DNA of 64,000 nt from Felis catus (Eukaryota), in contig NC_058368.1 of assembly GCF_018350175.1 (NCBI RefSeq), positions 3,782,001-3,846,000 of the forward strand, given 5' to 3'. The position numbers and the translations under genes are program-made. This document shows positions 1-12,971 of the stretch, in pieces. Below the pieces are notes generated by a model. That model ran no database searches, had not been told where the DNA came from, and worked only from the letters and a program-made list of their open reading frames with translations. Within the stretch, counting starts at the first letter, position 1; every line of letters starts with the position of its first letter.

Positions 1-1760
1 ATTATATGGAAGTACAGAGGACTCTGAATATACCAAAACCAATATTGAATAAGAAAAAGCTGGGGGCTTCATACTTCCTGGCTTTAAAATATATTACAAA
101 GCTACAGTACTCAAAACATTAGGATACTGACATAAAAACAGACATACAAAACAATTAAACAGAATAGAGAATGAAGAAAACTTATGCATGTATGGTCAAA
201 TTATCTTTGACAAGGATGCCAAGGCTACACAATGACAAAAACAAATGATGTTGGGAAAACTGGATACCCACATGCAAAAGAATAAAATTAAACATCTTTC
301 TTATACTGTACACGAAAATGAACTCAAAATGGATTAGAGACCTGAAAATATAAAACTCCCAGAAGAAACCGTAGGGGAAAATCTTCATAATATTGGTCTG
401 GTAGTGATTTCTTGGCTGTGATACCAAAAGCAAGGGCAATAAAAGCAACAATAGACAAATGGGACGACATCAAACTAAAAAGCTTCCGCACGGCAAAGAA
501 AACAATCAACAATGTGAAAGGGCAACCTATGAAATGAGGGGAAATATTCGTAAACCACATATCTGAAAAGGGAATTCATGTCCTAATATGTATTTTTAAA
601 ACTCCTACAATTTAATAGCAAATTTTTGATTTGCATGTCCCTGATGATTGGTGATGTTGAGCATCTTTTCATATACTTGTGAGCCATTCATATGTCTTCT
701 TTGGACAAATGTTTAATCAACTCCTTTACCTATTTTATTTTATTTTATTGTTAAATTTTTATTTATTTTACAGAGAGAGAGGCAGAGAGAGAGGGAGACA
801 GAGGATCTCAAGCAAGCTCTGCACTGACAGCTTTCTGCCTGATGCGGGGCTCAGTTGGTTAAGTGCCAGCTCAGGTCGTGATCTCACAGTTTGTGAGTTC
901 GAGCCCACCCCATGAGGGTCTCCAAATCACAAACCGTGAGATCATGACCTGAGCCAGAGCCAGAGCCAGATGCTTAACCGACTGAGCCACCCGGTCACCC
1001 ATCACCTCAAACCTTTTAAGATGCCTATTATCAAAAAGACAAGAGATAACAAGTTTTAGTGTGGATATGAAGAAATCGGAACACTTATATGCTATTAGCG
1101 GGAATATGAAATGGTATAGATAGTTTAGAAAACAGTATGGACGTGCCTCAAAAAAATTAAAACAGAACTACCATGTGATCCAGCTATTCCATTTCTGGGT
1201 ATACACTCCAAAGAATTAAAAGTTCGATCTTGAAGAGCAATTTATACTCTGGTGTTCACCTCTCTCCGCAGTCAAGAGGTGGAAAAAACCTAAATGTCCA
1301 TTGATGGATGAATGGATAAAGAAAATGCGATATATGCTTACGGTGGAATAGTATTGAGCCACAAAAGAAAAAATGAGGAAATCCTGTCATATGCCACAAC
1401 ATGGATGAACCTTGAGGACATTATGTTAAGTGAAATAAGGCAATCACCAAAAGAGAAATGCTGTATGATTTCACCCATGTTTGGCCTCTAAAGTGGTCAA
1501 ACTCATAGACACAGAAAATAGAATGGCTGTTGCCAGGAGCTGGGAGGAGAGGGAGAAATAGGGAATTCGTGTTCAATGGGTAAAGAGTTTCCATTGCACA
1601 AGATGAAAAAATTCTAGAGATCTGTACAACACGGTGCTTACAGTTAACAATGCTGTACATTTGAATTTTTGCTACGAGGGTAGATCTTGTGTGTGTTTTA
1701 CTACAATAAGAAAAACTTGAAAATATTAGGTATACTTTACTGCTAAAAATATAAAATAAT
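1..1760 (+). mobile_element. Old LINE-1 (L1M/L1MB-like): 3' part of ORF2 plus 3' UTR, decayed, with an internal inversion at ~623-1000
   Basis: L1 ORF2-end motifs (atatattacaaagctacagt, gaaaactggatacccacatgcaaaagaat, gaactaccatgtgatccagc, atggatgaaccttgaggacattatg), then an L1MB-like 3' UTR and an A-rich end. Confidence 0.9.
741..1000 (-). mobile_element. CAN-SINE with an internal inverted copy of its own head
   Basis: T-rich tail, (GA)n, cgtgagatcatgacctgagcc...gactgagccaccc; a + strand head copy at ~848-907. Confidence 0.9.
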
Positions 1761-2007
1761 TAAACTATGTATATCGAATTGCCCTTATCAATACCCTGTG
1801 CTGAGAAAGTAAAAATACAGCTGCTACAATTCCTTTCATTTTTATATATAGTTTTCTACCTTTTACTAAAGGACTTTCCATCTCTCTTAAAAAATACAAG
1901 AAACTCTATTGGACATTTAGAAAAGATTTCACTAAGTTATATTTTAATAATATGGAAACTGAGACTTATATGAGTGACACAAATTTCCCAAGAATGTGCC
2001 ACCCACT

Positions 2008-2222
2008 GGGGCGCCTGGGTGACTCAGTCGGTTAAATGTCCGATTTTGGCTCAGGTCATGATCTCGTGGCTTGTGAGTTCGAGCCCCGCATTGGGCTCTG
2101 CACTGACAGCTCAGAGCCTGGAACCTGCTTCGGATTCTGTGTCTCCCTCTCTCTCTCTGTCCCTTCCCCACTCATTCTCTCTCTCTCTCTCAATAATAAA
2201 TAAACGTTAAAAAAAAAAAAAA
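2008..2222 (+). mobile_element. CAN-SINE (SINEC), full length
   Basis: ggggcgcctgggtgactcagtcggttaa head, (CT)n, aataaa/polyA; TSD aagaatgtgc(c/a)accca(c/t)t at 1990-2007 and 2223-2240. Confidence 0.97.
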
Positions 2223-3683
2223 AAGAATGTGCAACCCATTATGGGCAGAGCACAGACTAAACCACAATCTTCTTGATTCCAAATCCTGAAAACTCATAAT
2301 CAAAGCACATGTTGTGGATACAGATCTTTAAAGAAATATACTTGTAAAGGAAGCTACTGTGTACGAATCATTCTTTAGCACGATAGAAGTTAGGGACAAT
2401 TCTCCTCTTCAAGATGGTATATCCCCGGATTTAGTTTGATTGATGTTCTCTCAGAACAAATTCCTCTCCCCCTTCCATTGTGCTGTGATACATTACTCCA
2501 AGCCACCTTTGCGTAAACACATCAAGAGCCATTTTGGCTGGTGTGGGAAATTGTTAGGGCTGATAGGAACAGAAACATTTGCTGCGGTTCTCTCTAATGG
2601 GCCCTAAATTAAGACTGTCGGAATCTTGCGTCAGGTGAAATCAGACAGGAGAAAATGTTCCAACGAATCCAATCGGGAAGACTGTCAACTGGTAATAGGT
2701 GAAAATTGTACCTCACATCTGGACGAGTCGGACATCTTAATGAAGGTACTTTCCCAAATCTGCCGCGACGGCATCATCGTGCCCCCTCAACATATGGTTG
2801 ACATCCTATAGCTTCACAGGCGTGTGGTTAATGTAGTGAATAATGTAAATGTTTCTATCAAGAAAGGGTTCGATTTTATTCCAGATTTCGAGTATTGAAA
2901 GCTTCTCGAGTGAAATAAGTCAGTGATGCTGTTCTCCTGATTTTAAAAATAATATCAGCATTGCCAACTTAGTAAAGGAGATAACCAGATGGCAAATTAT
3001 TTTCTGGAGCATTTTATTTCAAGAGGGTTAATACATCAGCGTAACTCTTCCGTGTGTTCCGCCCGTAGATTTGAATCCAAGAAACACACAAAAATTCTTT
3101 TTTAATGTATTAATCTAAATAATTGCCAGGTGATTTGATAGTTAGGGCGATCTTAAAAATATTTGTCAATAACCTAAAATTCAAGAAATACAGCTTTACA
3201 GGTGCTTAAAAGGTCACACTCTTAGAACCTTTTCGGGAAAGGTTCGTCAACATTCGGATGGACAGCGGACAAGGCGCAAGACCAACACCAAGTGGCTAAG
3301 ACAGTATGAAAAGAGACAAGAATTAAATGACAGGAGAAATCCGAATCCACATAAGAACATGAAGGTAAATTTAAATTCAGGTAATCTCTTCTTCCCTTGG
3401 CACAGTAGCTTTACATAATAATTTTACATAATAATTTTGTTTTCAACGCATGCTATGCTTGGATCCATATATAATGCCTAAGGTATTATAAAATGCAATG
3501 AAATCAAATTATTATCTTGCTAAATGTTAGGGACAATGAAACAAAACCTGTTATTCTAAGATTTAAGAGGAAAATTTTCATTTTTGTTGGGACTGTCTGG
3601 GAAAATGGGAACGTGGTACTCATTTGCTTTATCTTCCACCTGAACAAACCACTAAACCACTTTTTGATTCAGAAAGGAGTCGA

Positions 3684-3904
3684 GGGGCACCTGGGTGGCT
3701 CAGTCGGTTAAGCGTCTGACCTCAGCTCAGGTCACGATCTCGCGATCTGTGACTTCGAGCCCCGTGTCAGGCTCTGTGCTGACGGCTCGGAGCCTGGAGC
3801 CTGCTTCAGATTCTGTGTCCTCCTCTCTCTCTGCCCCTCCCCTGCTCGCACTCTGTGGGTCTCTCTCTCTCTCTCTCAAAAATAATAAACATTAAAAAAA
3901 TTAC
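3684..3904 (+). mobile_element. CAN-SINE (SINEC)
   Basis: Canonical head, (CT)n and tail; TSD aaaggagtc(g/a)a. Confidence 0.97.
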
Positions 3905-4101
3905 AAAGGAGTCAAAATGGGGAAGAAAACACCATCCATACTGAAAATAGGATACGATCGTAACTCCATGGTGCAAAATCAGAGAACATTTGCCAAATTC
4001 TGCAGTTTGGGTGAAAACAAAAGAGGAAACTTAGGGTCAACCTATATGTGAGCACAGAACAGTGGGCGGAAGACTGGAATGTTCTAAAACACTGTCAAAT
4101 A

Positions 4102-4325
4102 GGGGCGCCTGGGTGGCTCAGTCGGTTGGGTGTCCGACTTCGGCTCAGGTCATGATCTCATGGTTCTTGAGTTCGAGCCCCGCATCGGGCTCTGTGCTGA
4201 ACACTTGCCCAGAGCCTGGAGCCTGCTTCGGGTTCTGTGTCTCCTTCTCTCTCTGCCCCTTCTCTGCTAGTGCTCTGTCTCACTCTGTCTCTCAAAAATA
4301 AATAAATGTAAAAAAAAAAAAAAAT
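4102..4325 (+). mobile_element. CAN-SINE (SINEC)
   Basis: Canonical head and tail; TSD taaa(a/g)cactgtcaa(a/g)ta. Confidence 0.97.
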
Positions 4326-5289
4326 TAAAGCACTGTCAAGTAGAACTAATTGGAAAGGTAAAAGAGAGAGATTTGTGGGGTTTTTTTCTTGCAGCCATTT
4401 AGATTTTCTTTTGTTTTAATAAACTTTATTAACTATGATACGTATATATATACATATATATATAACTGACCCATTTCAAGTGAACAATTTGATGAGATTA
4501 GACAAATGTATGCATCTATGTAACCACGAACACACTCAAGATACAGAACATTTCCATCACCCCCAAAAAGCTTCTTCAGACAAATTTGCATTAGTTTCCT
4601 CCCCCCCTTATCCTTGGCCCCAGGAACCACTGATCTTTCTAGAATCTCATATGAATGAAATGCTGCGATATGCACCCTATCGTGGCCACTTTCGCTCAGT
4701 CTAATGTCGTTGTGATTCCTCCTTCACTCACTTTGCTCCTTTTATCACGGAGTTCTTTTTCTTTGCCCAGATGAACCACATTTTTCAAAATCCATTTACT
4801 ATCTGATAGACAGTTTGACTTGTTCCTAGATTTTGACTGTTATGAATAAAGTTTCTACAAATATTCATATGCCAGCCTTTGTATGCCATCCATTTTTATT
4901 TTTATTTAGTAAATACCTAAGAGTGGAATTGTTGGGTCACAGGGTAAGTGTATGTTTAACTTTATAAGAAACTTCTAATACATTTTCCAAATCAGTTATA
5001 CCTTATACGTTTCTCAGCAATTTACAAGTATCCCAGTTGTCCCACGTGCAGTTCAAAACGTGTTAGTGCCTGCATTTTAAATTGTACCCATCCTCGTCGA
5101 TGTGTGGCGGCATTTTAGATATTTCACTGGTGACTAATGATGTTGAACATCTTTCATATGTCTCCTTCGTGTAAGGTCTGCTCAAATCTTTTGGCCATTT
5201 TTCAATTAGCTTGTTTTCTTATAATTGAGCTGCGAAACTACTTTTTATATTCTGAATATAAGTGTTTGTCAGATTAAATATAATATTTA

Positions 5290-5728
5290 CAATTGCCGCT
5301 GTAACAAATTACCAAAAACCCAGAGGCAACACAAAGTCCCGAAAGTCAGAATTCCGAAATTTCTTACAAGGCTGAAACCAAGGTGTCGGCAAGGCTACGT
5401 TCCTTTCCGGAGGCTCTAGGAGGGACGCCATCTCCTTGCCTTCTTCCATTATCTAGAGACCACCTGTACCTGCACCCCTGGCCATGGACCCTCCTTCCGT
5501 CTTCACAGCCAGCAGCGTTGCATCTTTAAATCTCTCCTGGCGTCTCATCACCTACCCTCACATAAGGACTTTCACGTTCACATCAAGTTTACTCAGTCTG
5601 AGATAACTTCCTCATCTCAAGATCTTTAACTTAGTTACGTCACAAAGCCCTCTTAACCACTGAAGGGAACACAGGTTCTGGGGATTAGGACATGGACATC
5701 CTTTGGGGCCAAGATTCAGCCTACCATA
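5290..5728 (-). mobile_element. MaLR solo LTR (MLT1C/D-like)
   Basis: ctgtaacaaattacca...aaggtgtcggcaagg...cacaggttctggggattaggacatggacatc...ttcagcctaccata, the reverse complement of the MLT1 start. Confidence 0.85.
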
Positions 5729-5775
5729 TTATATAACAAATATTTTCTCCCAGCAATGGCTTCCCTTTTCCTTGT

Positions 5776-6045
5776 AATTTTTAAAAAATTTTTATAGTGC
5801 TTGCTTCGGCAGCACATATACTAAAAATTTTTATATCTACTTGTTTTTTGAGAAAGAGAGCATGAGCTCAAGTGGGGGAGGAGCAGAGAGAGAGGGAGAG
5901 AGAGCAAATCCCAAGCAGGCCCATCCTAGTCCCAGTGGTGTCAGTGCAGAGCCCAACATGGGGCTCGAACTCACGAACTAGGAGATCATGACATGAGCCG
6001 AGCCAAGAGTTGGATGCTTAACCTACTGAGCTACCCAGGCGCCCC
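5776..6045 (-). mobile_element. CAN-SINE (host of the U6 fragment)
   Basis: Antisense body ending ccaggcgcccc; flanking ttccctttt on both sides. Confidence 0.93.
5797..5826 (+). pseudogene. 3'-truncated (tailless) U6 snRNA retropseudogene, U6 nt 1-30
   Basis: gtgcttgcttcggcagcacatatactaaaa matches the U6 5' end GTGCTCGCTTCGGCAGCACATATACTAAAA with one C>T change; 13-bp direct repeat aaaaatttttata at 5784-5796 and 5823-5835. Confidence 0.93.
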
Positions 6046-7051
6046 TTCCCTTTTTATTTTCTTAAGTGTACATTTAGAAGAAGAAACATTTTGATTACTT
6101 TTGATAATTTTGATAAAGTCTGATTTATTACTTTTCTTTTATGGTTTGTGCATTAGGGTCATATTGTAAACTATTCGCCTCCAAGTTTAAAGCTATAAAT
6201 TGCTTTCTAAGTAAAGCTTTACATGAATCACACAAATTGGAATTTATTGTTTTCCCCAATTATCTTTTTTCGTTATCATTCAGTTCAAAATATTTTATCA
6301 TTTCCCTTTTGATATCTGCTTTGACCCACATGTTATTTTAAATTGTGCTGTTTAATTTTCAAACATTTGGACATTTTAGATATCCTGTACTTTTCTATTT
6401 TTAATATAATTCCATTGTGATCAGAGATTATACTCTATAATTTCAATTTCTTTTAACTATTGAGACTCATTTCATGGCCTATTGTCTATAACCGTGTGCA
6501 TTTATAAAAAATGTATATTATGGTTCTCTTGAATACAGTGATCCATAAATGTCAATTTGATCAACTTGGTGGATAGCTTTGTTCAATTAATTTATGGTTT
6601 ATTAATTATATGTGTTCTTGTCTTATTAATTTCTGAGATAGAAGTATTTATTCCTCTCTATAGTTACATATGTTTGCTCTTCAAGTATTTTTTTACTTTC
6701 TATATTAGTTACATACACATTTTAAATAGTGTTGTCTTCTTTTTGGATTGACCTTTTTGTCTTTTTCAAATGTGTTCCTTTATGCCTGGCAGTCTTCCTT
6801 GCTGTGAATTCTACTTTTTCAAATTTTAATATAGCCACTCCAGTTTTCTTATGATTTGTCTTTGCATGATATATATTAATCAGTGTCTTGGCTTTCACCC
6901 ATCTGTTTCTTTAGAAAAACAAGGTTTTTAAAACCATAGATGTGTTGGAATATTTAAATACACAGACGCAAACACTTGGGTTTAAATCTACCTTATTTTT
7001 TGTTTTCCATTTGCCTTATCTTTTTTGTTGTTGTTCCTTTTTTCTTGACTT

Positions 7052-7258
7052 ATTTTACTAATTTTTTTAAATGTTTATTTGAGTGAAAGAGAGAGAGAGA
7101 GTTGGGGGAGACGCAGAGAAAGGGGGAGACACAGAATCTGAAACAGGCTCATCTCTGAGTTGTCAAGACAGAGCCCGACACGGGTCGAACCCATGACCGG
7201 AGAGATCAGACCTGAGCCAAAGTTGGACACTTCAACGACTGGGCCACCCAGGTCCCCC
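7052..7258 (-). mobile_element. CAN-SINE
   Basis: Antisense body (gagacacagaatctgaaacagg...gccacccaggtccccc); TSD-like tttttcttg. Confidence 0.92.
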
Positions 7259-7565
7259 TTTTCTTGCCCTTTATTTATTTATTTTTTTTTGGATTGAATA
7301 TTTTTATAATTTCACTTGATTTCTACTATTGGCTTAGTATACCTCTTATTTTTATTTTCCATTGGTTGCTGTAAAGATAACAGTATGGATCTCTAACTTA
7401 TCACCGTCTATCAATAGTATTGTATCACGGCGTAACGTAAGAACCAGACTGCAGTATGCTTCTTCCCACATCCTGTCCTTTGTGCTGTTCTCACCCTTTT
7501 CATTTCCACACGTTATAAACGCCACTCCATAGTGTTATCATTTTTATTAACAGTCAGCTACCTTG

Positions 7566-7728
7566 GGACTTGGGGATGGCTCCGTCAGTTAAGTGTCAGA
7601 CTCTCGGTTTCCGCTCAGGTCATGATCTCACAGTTCGTGTGTTCGAGCCCCACATCAGGCTCTGGGGTGACAATGCAGAGCCTGTGTAGGGTTCTCTCTC
7701 TCCCCCTCTCTCTTTGCTCCTGCTCGTG

Positions 7729-7768
<40 letters not shown>

Positions 7769-7790
7769 ACTAATAAATAAACTTAAAAAG
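7566..7790 (+). mobile_element. CAN-SINE
   Basis: tggctccgtcagttaag...gctcaggtcatgatctc, long (CT)n, aataaa. Confidence 0.92.
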
Positions 7791-8024
7791 AGATCAACTA
7801 TGTTCTGAAGACATTTTTAATGACAGAAAAATGTCTTTTACATTTCCCTACATACTTAGTCATTTCCTGTATTCTTCCATTTCTTTGTGTACATCCAGGT
7901 TACCGTACTGTTTTATTTCCTTTAAAACAAAAGAAGTCTCTTTCACATTTCTTGCAATACAGATCGGCAGCTAATAATTCTGTTTTTGATTGTCTGAGAA
8001 AATCCTTATGTTGCCTTCATTCTT

Positions 8025-8410
8025 TTTGTGTTCAGTTTTTTTTTTTAATTCCAGTTAGTTAACATACAATGTAGTGTTAGTTTCAGGTGTACAATATAGC
8101 GATTCAACACTTCCGTACATCACCGGGTGCTCAGCAGAGCGAGGGACTCCTTAATCCCCATCACCTGTGTAACCCATCCCCCCACCCACCTCCCCTCTGG
8201 AAACCATCAGTTTGTTCCCCATAGTTAATCTGTTTCGTGGTTTGCCTCTTTCTATTTTTACCCCTTGTTCATTTGTTGTGTTTCTTAAATTCCACATATG
8301 AGTGAGACCATATGGTATTTGTCTTTCTCTCGCTGCCACGTTTTGTTTACCTTAACACCCTCTAGCTCTATCCACGTTGCTACAAGTGGCAAGATTTCCT
8401 TCTTTTGTAT
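8025..8410 (-). mobile_element. 5'-truncated carnivore L1 3' end nested in older L1
   Basis: ttagtttcaggtgtacaatatag...cccacccacctcccctctgg...attccacatatgagtga; TSD tgttgccttc(a/g)t(t/g)ctt at 8009-8024 and 8411-8426. Confidence 0.9.
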
Positions 8411-9364
8411 TGTTGCCTTCGTGCTTAGAAAAATATGTTCACGGGGTATAAAATCAGAATGGGGCTTTCTTCTTCCATTCAGCACGTTACAGACACTGTA
8501 TTATCTCCTGCCAGGCGTGGTGTCTGACTGGAGTTTCCCGTCACTCTTAGTTTCACGCTTCGGTGTGGGGTATGGTCTTTTTTTACTGTAACTCTGAAAA
8601 TTTTTCCCTTCATGCCTATCTTGCAACAACCTACTTGTGCTAATGGCGGTGTGGCCTTCTTTTTGCTTGGTGCGTATTAAGGTTCCTGGATCTACAGACT
8701 TCTGGTATTTTACAAATTTGGAAAATACTTTGGCCATTATTTCTTCCACTTCTTTCTTTGGCCACTCCCCTCTTGAGGTCTCTAAGTAAACGCATGTTAA
8801 ATTGCTTTGCGTCGTCCCACAGGTCACTGGTCACTGAGGTTCTAGTTTTGCCTGTTTATTTTCTTTCATTTTCCTGTCTCTTTTCATTGTTTCAGTTTGG
8901 ACAGTTCCTATCATTTTTGAGTTGATGAGTTTTTCTTCCATAGCAATCTAATCTGGCGTTTATATCATCCAGTGAATTTTTTTTTTATTTCAGATTGTTT
9001 CTTAGTTCTAGAATTTCCATTTGGTTCTTTTTATATATTTTATTTCTCTGGGTATTATATTCGTATTTTCATTTAATCTGAAGCATATTTTAAGAACTAA
9101 TTTAAAGACCTTGTAGCCAACATAGTTACATGTTTTATTTCTGGATTTGTTTCTACTGACTATTTCTTTCCTGTTTATAGGTGACATGTTCCTGTTCTTG
9201 CAATGTCTAAATCTTTTTGGAAAGTAGACATTTTATCTATTGCTTAACAAATGCTACATTCTTTATTTCTTTACAGAATGTTGGACTTCATTGTGGCAAG
9301 CAATGATATTATTTACACCAGTTAATCGCTTGACATTGATCAAGCTTTTAAAGGCAGGTTTAGA

Positions 9365-9552
9365 AGGCTCTTGGGTGGCTCCGTTGGTTGAGCGTCTAAC
9401 TCGACTTCAGCTCAGGTCATGATCCCAGGGTAATGGAACCAAGCCCTGCATCAGATTCTGTGCTGAGCACAGAGCCTGCTTAAGATTCTGTCTCTCTCCA
9501 CCCCTCTCCCCCACTTCTGCTTTCTCTCTTTATCTCTAAAATTAAAAAAATA
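9365..9552 (+). mobile_element. Older CAN-SINE
   Basis: gggtggctccgttggttgag...ctcaggtcatgatcccagg, pyrimidine tract, A tail. Confidence 0.88.
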
Positions 9553-10495
9553 CAGGCGGGTGTAGAATATTACTCTAATATCTCCCCTGAGTATCCCAAG
9601 TGTTCACTCTGACCTTTTAGAAATTAAAGGTACTCCCACCTTATGTTAACTCTGGTAATTATTCAGCGTACAACTCCCCAGTCGTTCTTGGAACTTCGCC
9701 CTACATGTACATGGCTTAGTATTCAGTAACAGGATGCAATATACAGGATACGTGGTTGAAGACTCCATTTTTGGTTTGTCAAGAAGAGAACTTATTTGTA
9801 GATATAAGTGGCCCATGGAGCTATCGAGAGGACTGTAGAAAAAGACTCTAGGGTGAGTTTCCAGGAACAAGTCCTTAAAATACCCTTGGGCCACCCTCCC
9901 CGTCAGAAGGACAATTCCTCAAGGCTGACGTGCTCAATCTGAACGTGCATTTTTAATGGTGTGACATCATCTTCAAAGAGGCAAAAATCGGTTCTTGTGG
10001 GGATGGAGTAAAACAAACCTTCCTTAGACTTTATCATGTTTGTGGTTCTGCAAAGCTCAAACCTACCCAACAAATCTTATCCCTTAGTATTTAATTTGTC
10101 TTAGCTGAATTTTTCTCCATAAAAAGTCATAGAAAGGACTTAGAAAAACTGACTTAGAGTGAATGCTGTAAGTGCCATGGCGTTATGTAGTGTCTCATTA
10201 GATGATGAGTCAGGGGTGGCCACCAGAAGGTGCACAGGACAGGCACAGGGAAACAAAAGTGTCCTATACGTAAAGGTCCCAAGCAATATGATGTAATGTG
10301 TAGCTAAAGTAACAAACTGTTTGCAAAACAAGAAGTATGGTTAGAAACATGGTATTCAGCAGATATAAACGTACATGAGTACAAACTCTAGGATTGGCTT
10401 TGGGAGTCACGGAATAATAAATTAAACAGAACGACACATAAAAATAGGACAAAAGTCTGTCAAATACCTTAGACTTTAGACAGGTTTTCAAAATA

Positions 10496-10708
10496 ATTTT
10501 TTTTAAGTTTATTTATTTGTTTTGAGAGAGACAGAGACAACCCAGGTGGGGGAGGGGCAGAGAGAGGGGAAGCCAGAGAATCCCAAGCAGCCTCCTCACT
10601 GTCAGTGCGGAGCCCGACGTGGGGCTCAAACTCACGAAACCAGTGAGACCGTGACCTGAGCCAAAACCAAGAGTGGGACGTTTATCCGACTGAGCAATCC
10701 AGCGCCCC
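10496..10708 (-). mobile_element. CAN-SINE
   Basis: Antisense body ending agcgcccc. Confidence 0.93.
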
Positions 10709-10779
10709 TGAATCGGTTTTAAGAAGCTTTTTTGCTGTGTCTTTACTGAAAGAGGAAGGAATATGCTGCAAAAATGTTT

Positions 10780-11420
10780 AAGTCCAGCAACGAGCACATT
10801 CCCCAAGAGATGTTCTGGCAAGGGGAAGAAGGTCTCAATAACAAGCTTGGGGAGATAAGCAGGGGCCAGATTAGAAAGGATATTATAGGCCATGCTTAAA
10901 ATGTTTATCTCTATCAGAAAAGCAACGGGAACATATTGAAGAGCTTTAAGCAGAGGAGTGGCGTATTATATTTGCATATTTTAAAAGTTCCTTCTGACTA
11001 ATCTTGAAGAGTCGATCAGAGGGTGACTGGAATCAATGGCAGAGAATTCTTCCGAGGTTTTTTAAACAAAAAAACGATAAAAAAAACTTGGGTTAAGGTG
11101 GTTAACAGTGCAGGTGACAGAAATAAGCATTTAAATATTCAGCGAAAGGACTGTGTTTTGGAACGTAACCGTGAGCACCACTCACATGTCAGAGGTCACT
11201 AAAGCCATAGGAATAGATGAAACCGTTAAGATTGTGTGACGTGTAGAATGGGTTGGAGCTCAGGGCAAGCCTCCACTATTCAGAATGGTAGAGGGGCATA
11301 GGAGGCATGGTGGGGACCCAGGCAGATAACCAGGTGAGTGCCGTGTCCTGTTTACTAAGGAAAAGTTGTTTCTAGAACGTTCAGTAGTCCGAATACTACT
11401 GATAAGACAGCAGGAGAAAA
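10780..11420 (-). mobile_element. L2 fragment
   Basis: gcaggggccagatt...ataggccatgctt...ttgaagagctttaagcagagg, typical antisense L2 3' region. Confidence 0.7.
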
Positions 11421-12971
11421 CAAAAGCTAAATTCTTGCGTTTTTTCCTTTTCCTTACTAAATAGTGAAAACCGTTTAAGCCATACATTTTCATTACGGTT
11501 TTTCATTTCTTCATTTTCAATTTTGCTCTATCTTATAACATTTTACGTGCACTATTCTCCTTCGATCTTATAAATTACCAATGACTATAGTAACTTCCTC
11601 TCTACCGAATTGTTATTTTAGAGAATGTTATTTTCATTTTCAAGTGCTTATATTTTTGTTGCAGTAGCAATGTACAGAAGGAGGATTTGTGAAATTCATT
11701 TGCGGTCCCGTGATTACTTGGTTAGTTTTCCCTTCCAATAGCATTGTTAATTGGGTTGGCTTTTATTCCACGCTGACCCCACCCAGATCTTAAGTTGAAG
11801 AAACTTGATAAAATCCAACGTCCAGTTTCCCCCTCTCTCTAGTTTCCAGCACTACTGTGGGGGTTTCTTTCCTCTCCAAACTTCTTTCATCACTTCAGTA
11901 GGAATCTGGAAATAATTAGGTGTGTGCCCAGACTGTATAACCTGGCCCAGAAGCCAATCACAGACAATAGTTGAGTTGCTACAGCTCTCTTTCCTTCCAC
12001 TGTAAACCATTGTATGATTTTTGTTCTCTCCAACACAATCAGTGTTTTTGTGACTAGAACAATGTCGATGTCGGGGACGCTTTAAATTCCTTTTGAAGTC
12101 ACTATCTGCTTAGAACTGAAGTTGAAAACCAACAGCAAATCTCCATTTGATTGAGCCATGATTTTTTTTTCTACACAATGTGATTACAGCACCCTCTGGC
12201 AACAATAACTCAACAGTAACTTGAGGATATATCTGTGTAATTGCTTTATACTCAAGAGTCGCATAGCCGATAATAACACTGCAAGAGATGTGAGAGATCT
12301 TGTAATTAGTATACCCCCTTGGTTTGTAAATGAGGAAAATGAGTCATGGCTAAGACTTCGCACACCATCATTTAGTGCAAAATATGCCTTCACATTTACA
12401 CAAAGAGCAATGTCTTACCTGATAGAGAACTAACAACTTAGCATAGTTTATGGAAATAGAATTTTTAAAGGGGCTACACATCACCTCAGGTCCTTTCCAA
12501 ACTAGGTAGACTAGAAATATCTTTTTGTCAGCCTTTAAAAACAGCTATTCATTTACTATTCTAAATGTCAGCAGGTAAGTTACTCAACAGAGGAGAACAT
12601 GAATTGCACCCAAAAGATATTAGAAGGTTTATGGCTGAGATTTTGCCTTTTAAGCTAATTGGAATTTCTTGACTATGAAGACATGTGATATTTGTAAAAC
12701 ATCCACTTATCATTTAAAGGCAGATATATCCTGACTTAGTATGTCTATTAATGCAGGCTCCACATGAATCATTGTCATTTACTGTGGCCTCACCCAGTTT
12801 TGCTGTAATTTCTGGTCTCTTCTTTCTTTCTTCATCTTCAAAATGTACACATGGGGTGTCACTGGTGGGCTTAAAGGCAGCCCAGTGACAATTCTAATAT
12901 AAATTCTCATGCTATTTTTATCCTCATCCCAATTCCAGTTTATTTTATTTTTTAAAAATTTATTTATTTAT

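Larger units (their letters stand above)
4410..9330 (-). mobile_element. Ancient L1 fragments (L1MC/ME-like), 3' UTR through ORF2 and upstream, interrupted by MLT1, SINEs and a younger L1
   Basis: T-rich antisense L1 motifs (aaatacctaagagtggaattgttgggtca, aagctataaattgctttctaagt, ttcagttcaaaatatttt, atagccactccagttttct). Confidence 0.75.

Noticed and set aside
2008..2090. tRNA-like A/B boxes at SINE heads (throughout the window)
   Set aside because: These are the tRNA-derived pol III promoters of CAN-SINEs; no intact tRNA cloverleaf
10217..10235. CTCF-like TGGCCACCAGAAGGTGCAC
   Set aside because: The 3' half departs from the GGGGCGC core; too weak without data
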